A stretch of DNA of 64,000 nucleotides from Lepidodermella squamata (taxonomy: Eukaryota > Animalia > Gastrotricha), in assembly GCA_047495785.1 (NCBI GenBank), contig JBLDXI010000001.1, forward strand, positions 2,976,001-3,040,000. Direction: 5' to 3'. Every line of letters begins with the position of its first letter. Within the stretch, counting starts at the first letter, position 1. A program made the position numbers and the translations under genes. Shown here piece after piece: positions 63,727 through 64,000 of this stretch. Below the pieces are notes generated by a model, which did not search any database, was not told the DNA's origin, and worked only from the letters and a program-made list of their open reading frames with translations.

Positions 63727-64000
63727 GTAATCATGAACTTTTAATTGAGCTTTCCTTTATGCATCAAGGCCCAAAGTTTATTCCGAAGTGCTACTACGGA
63801 TCGAAGGACAATTTTAGTGAACGCTTTTTGCCGAAAAAATTATGCAGAAAATTTCCCATTCCGTGAAGACCACTTTAAGGCCTTATAAAAATCAGGCTCT
63901 CTATCTAAAATTCAGGATTTTTGACCGATGTTGAATTAGGACGCAATTTTTATTTTAAAAATTGAATTTGAATCCGCAAAATCATGACCGAGTTTTGAAA

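Overview
Eukaryotic (invertebrate animal-like) genomic DNA with GT-AG introns, many about 45-60 nt. The host taxon cannot be fixed from this window. All spliced gene models were assembled by hand, with frame checks across junctions. Contents: the 3' end of a Sushi/CCP protein (LEV-9/Hasp-like); an orphan single-pass membrane protein; six co-oriented paralogous secreted Cys-rich EB-module-like proteins, the five complete ones probably GPI-anchored; three tail-less GABA-B-like class C GPCRs; ARMT1/DUF89; a nuclear receptor with a CEACKK P-box; an intronless Cys-loop channel; a cytosolic sulfotransferase. Mobile DNA: a defective pogo-like transposon, two hAT-type MITEs and a 34-bp palindrome resembling a P-element excision footprint. 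The most striking item is an EPS8-derived family of three genes: a ~1296-aa EPS8(PTB+core)-5xSH3-coiled-coil-NEK-like kinase fusion (17178-21711), a 2xSH3-kinase paralog (53409-55508, minus) and a kinase-less coiled-coil+SH3 gene (22345-26148).
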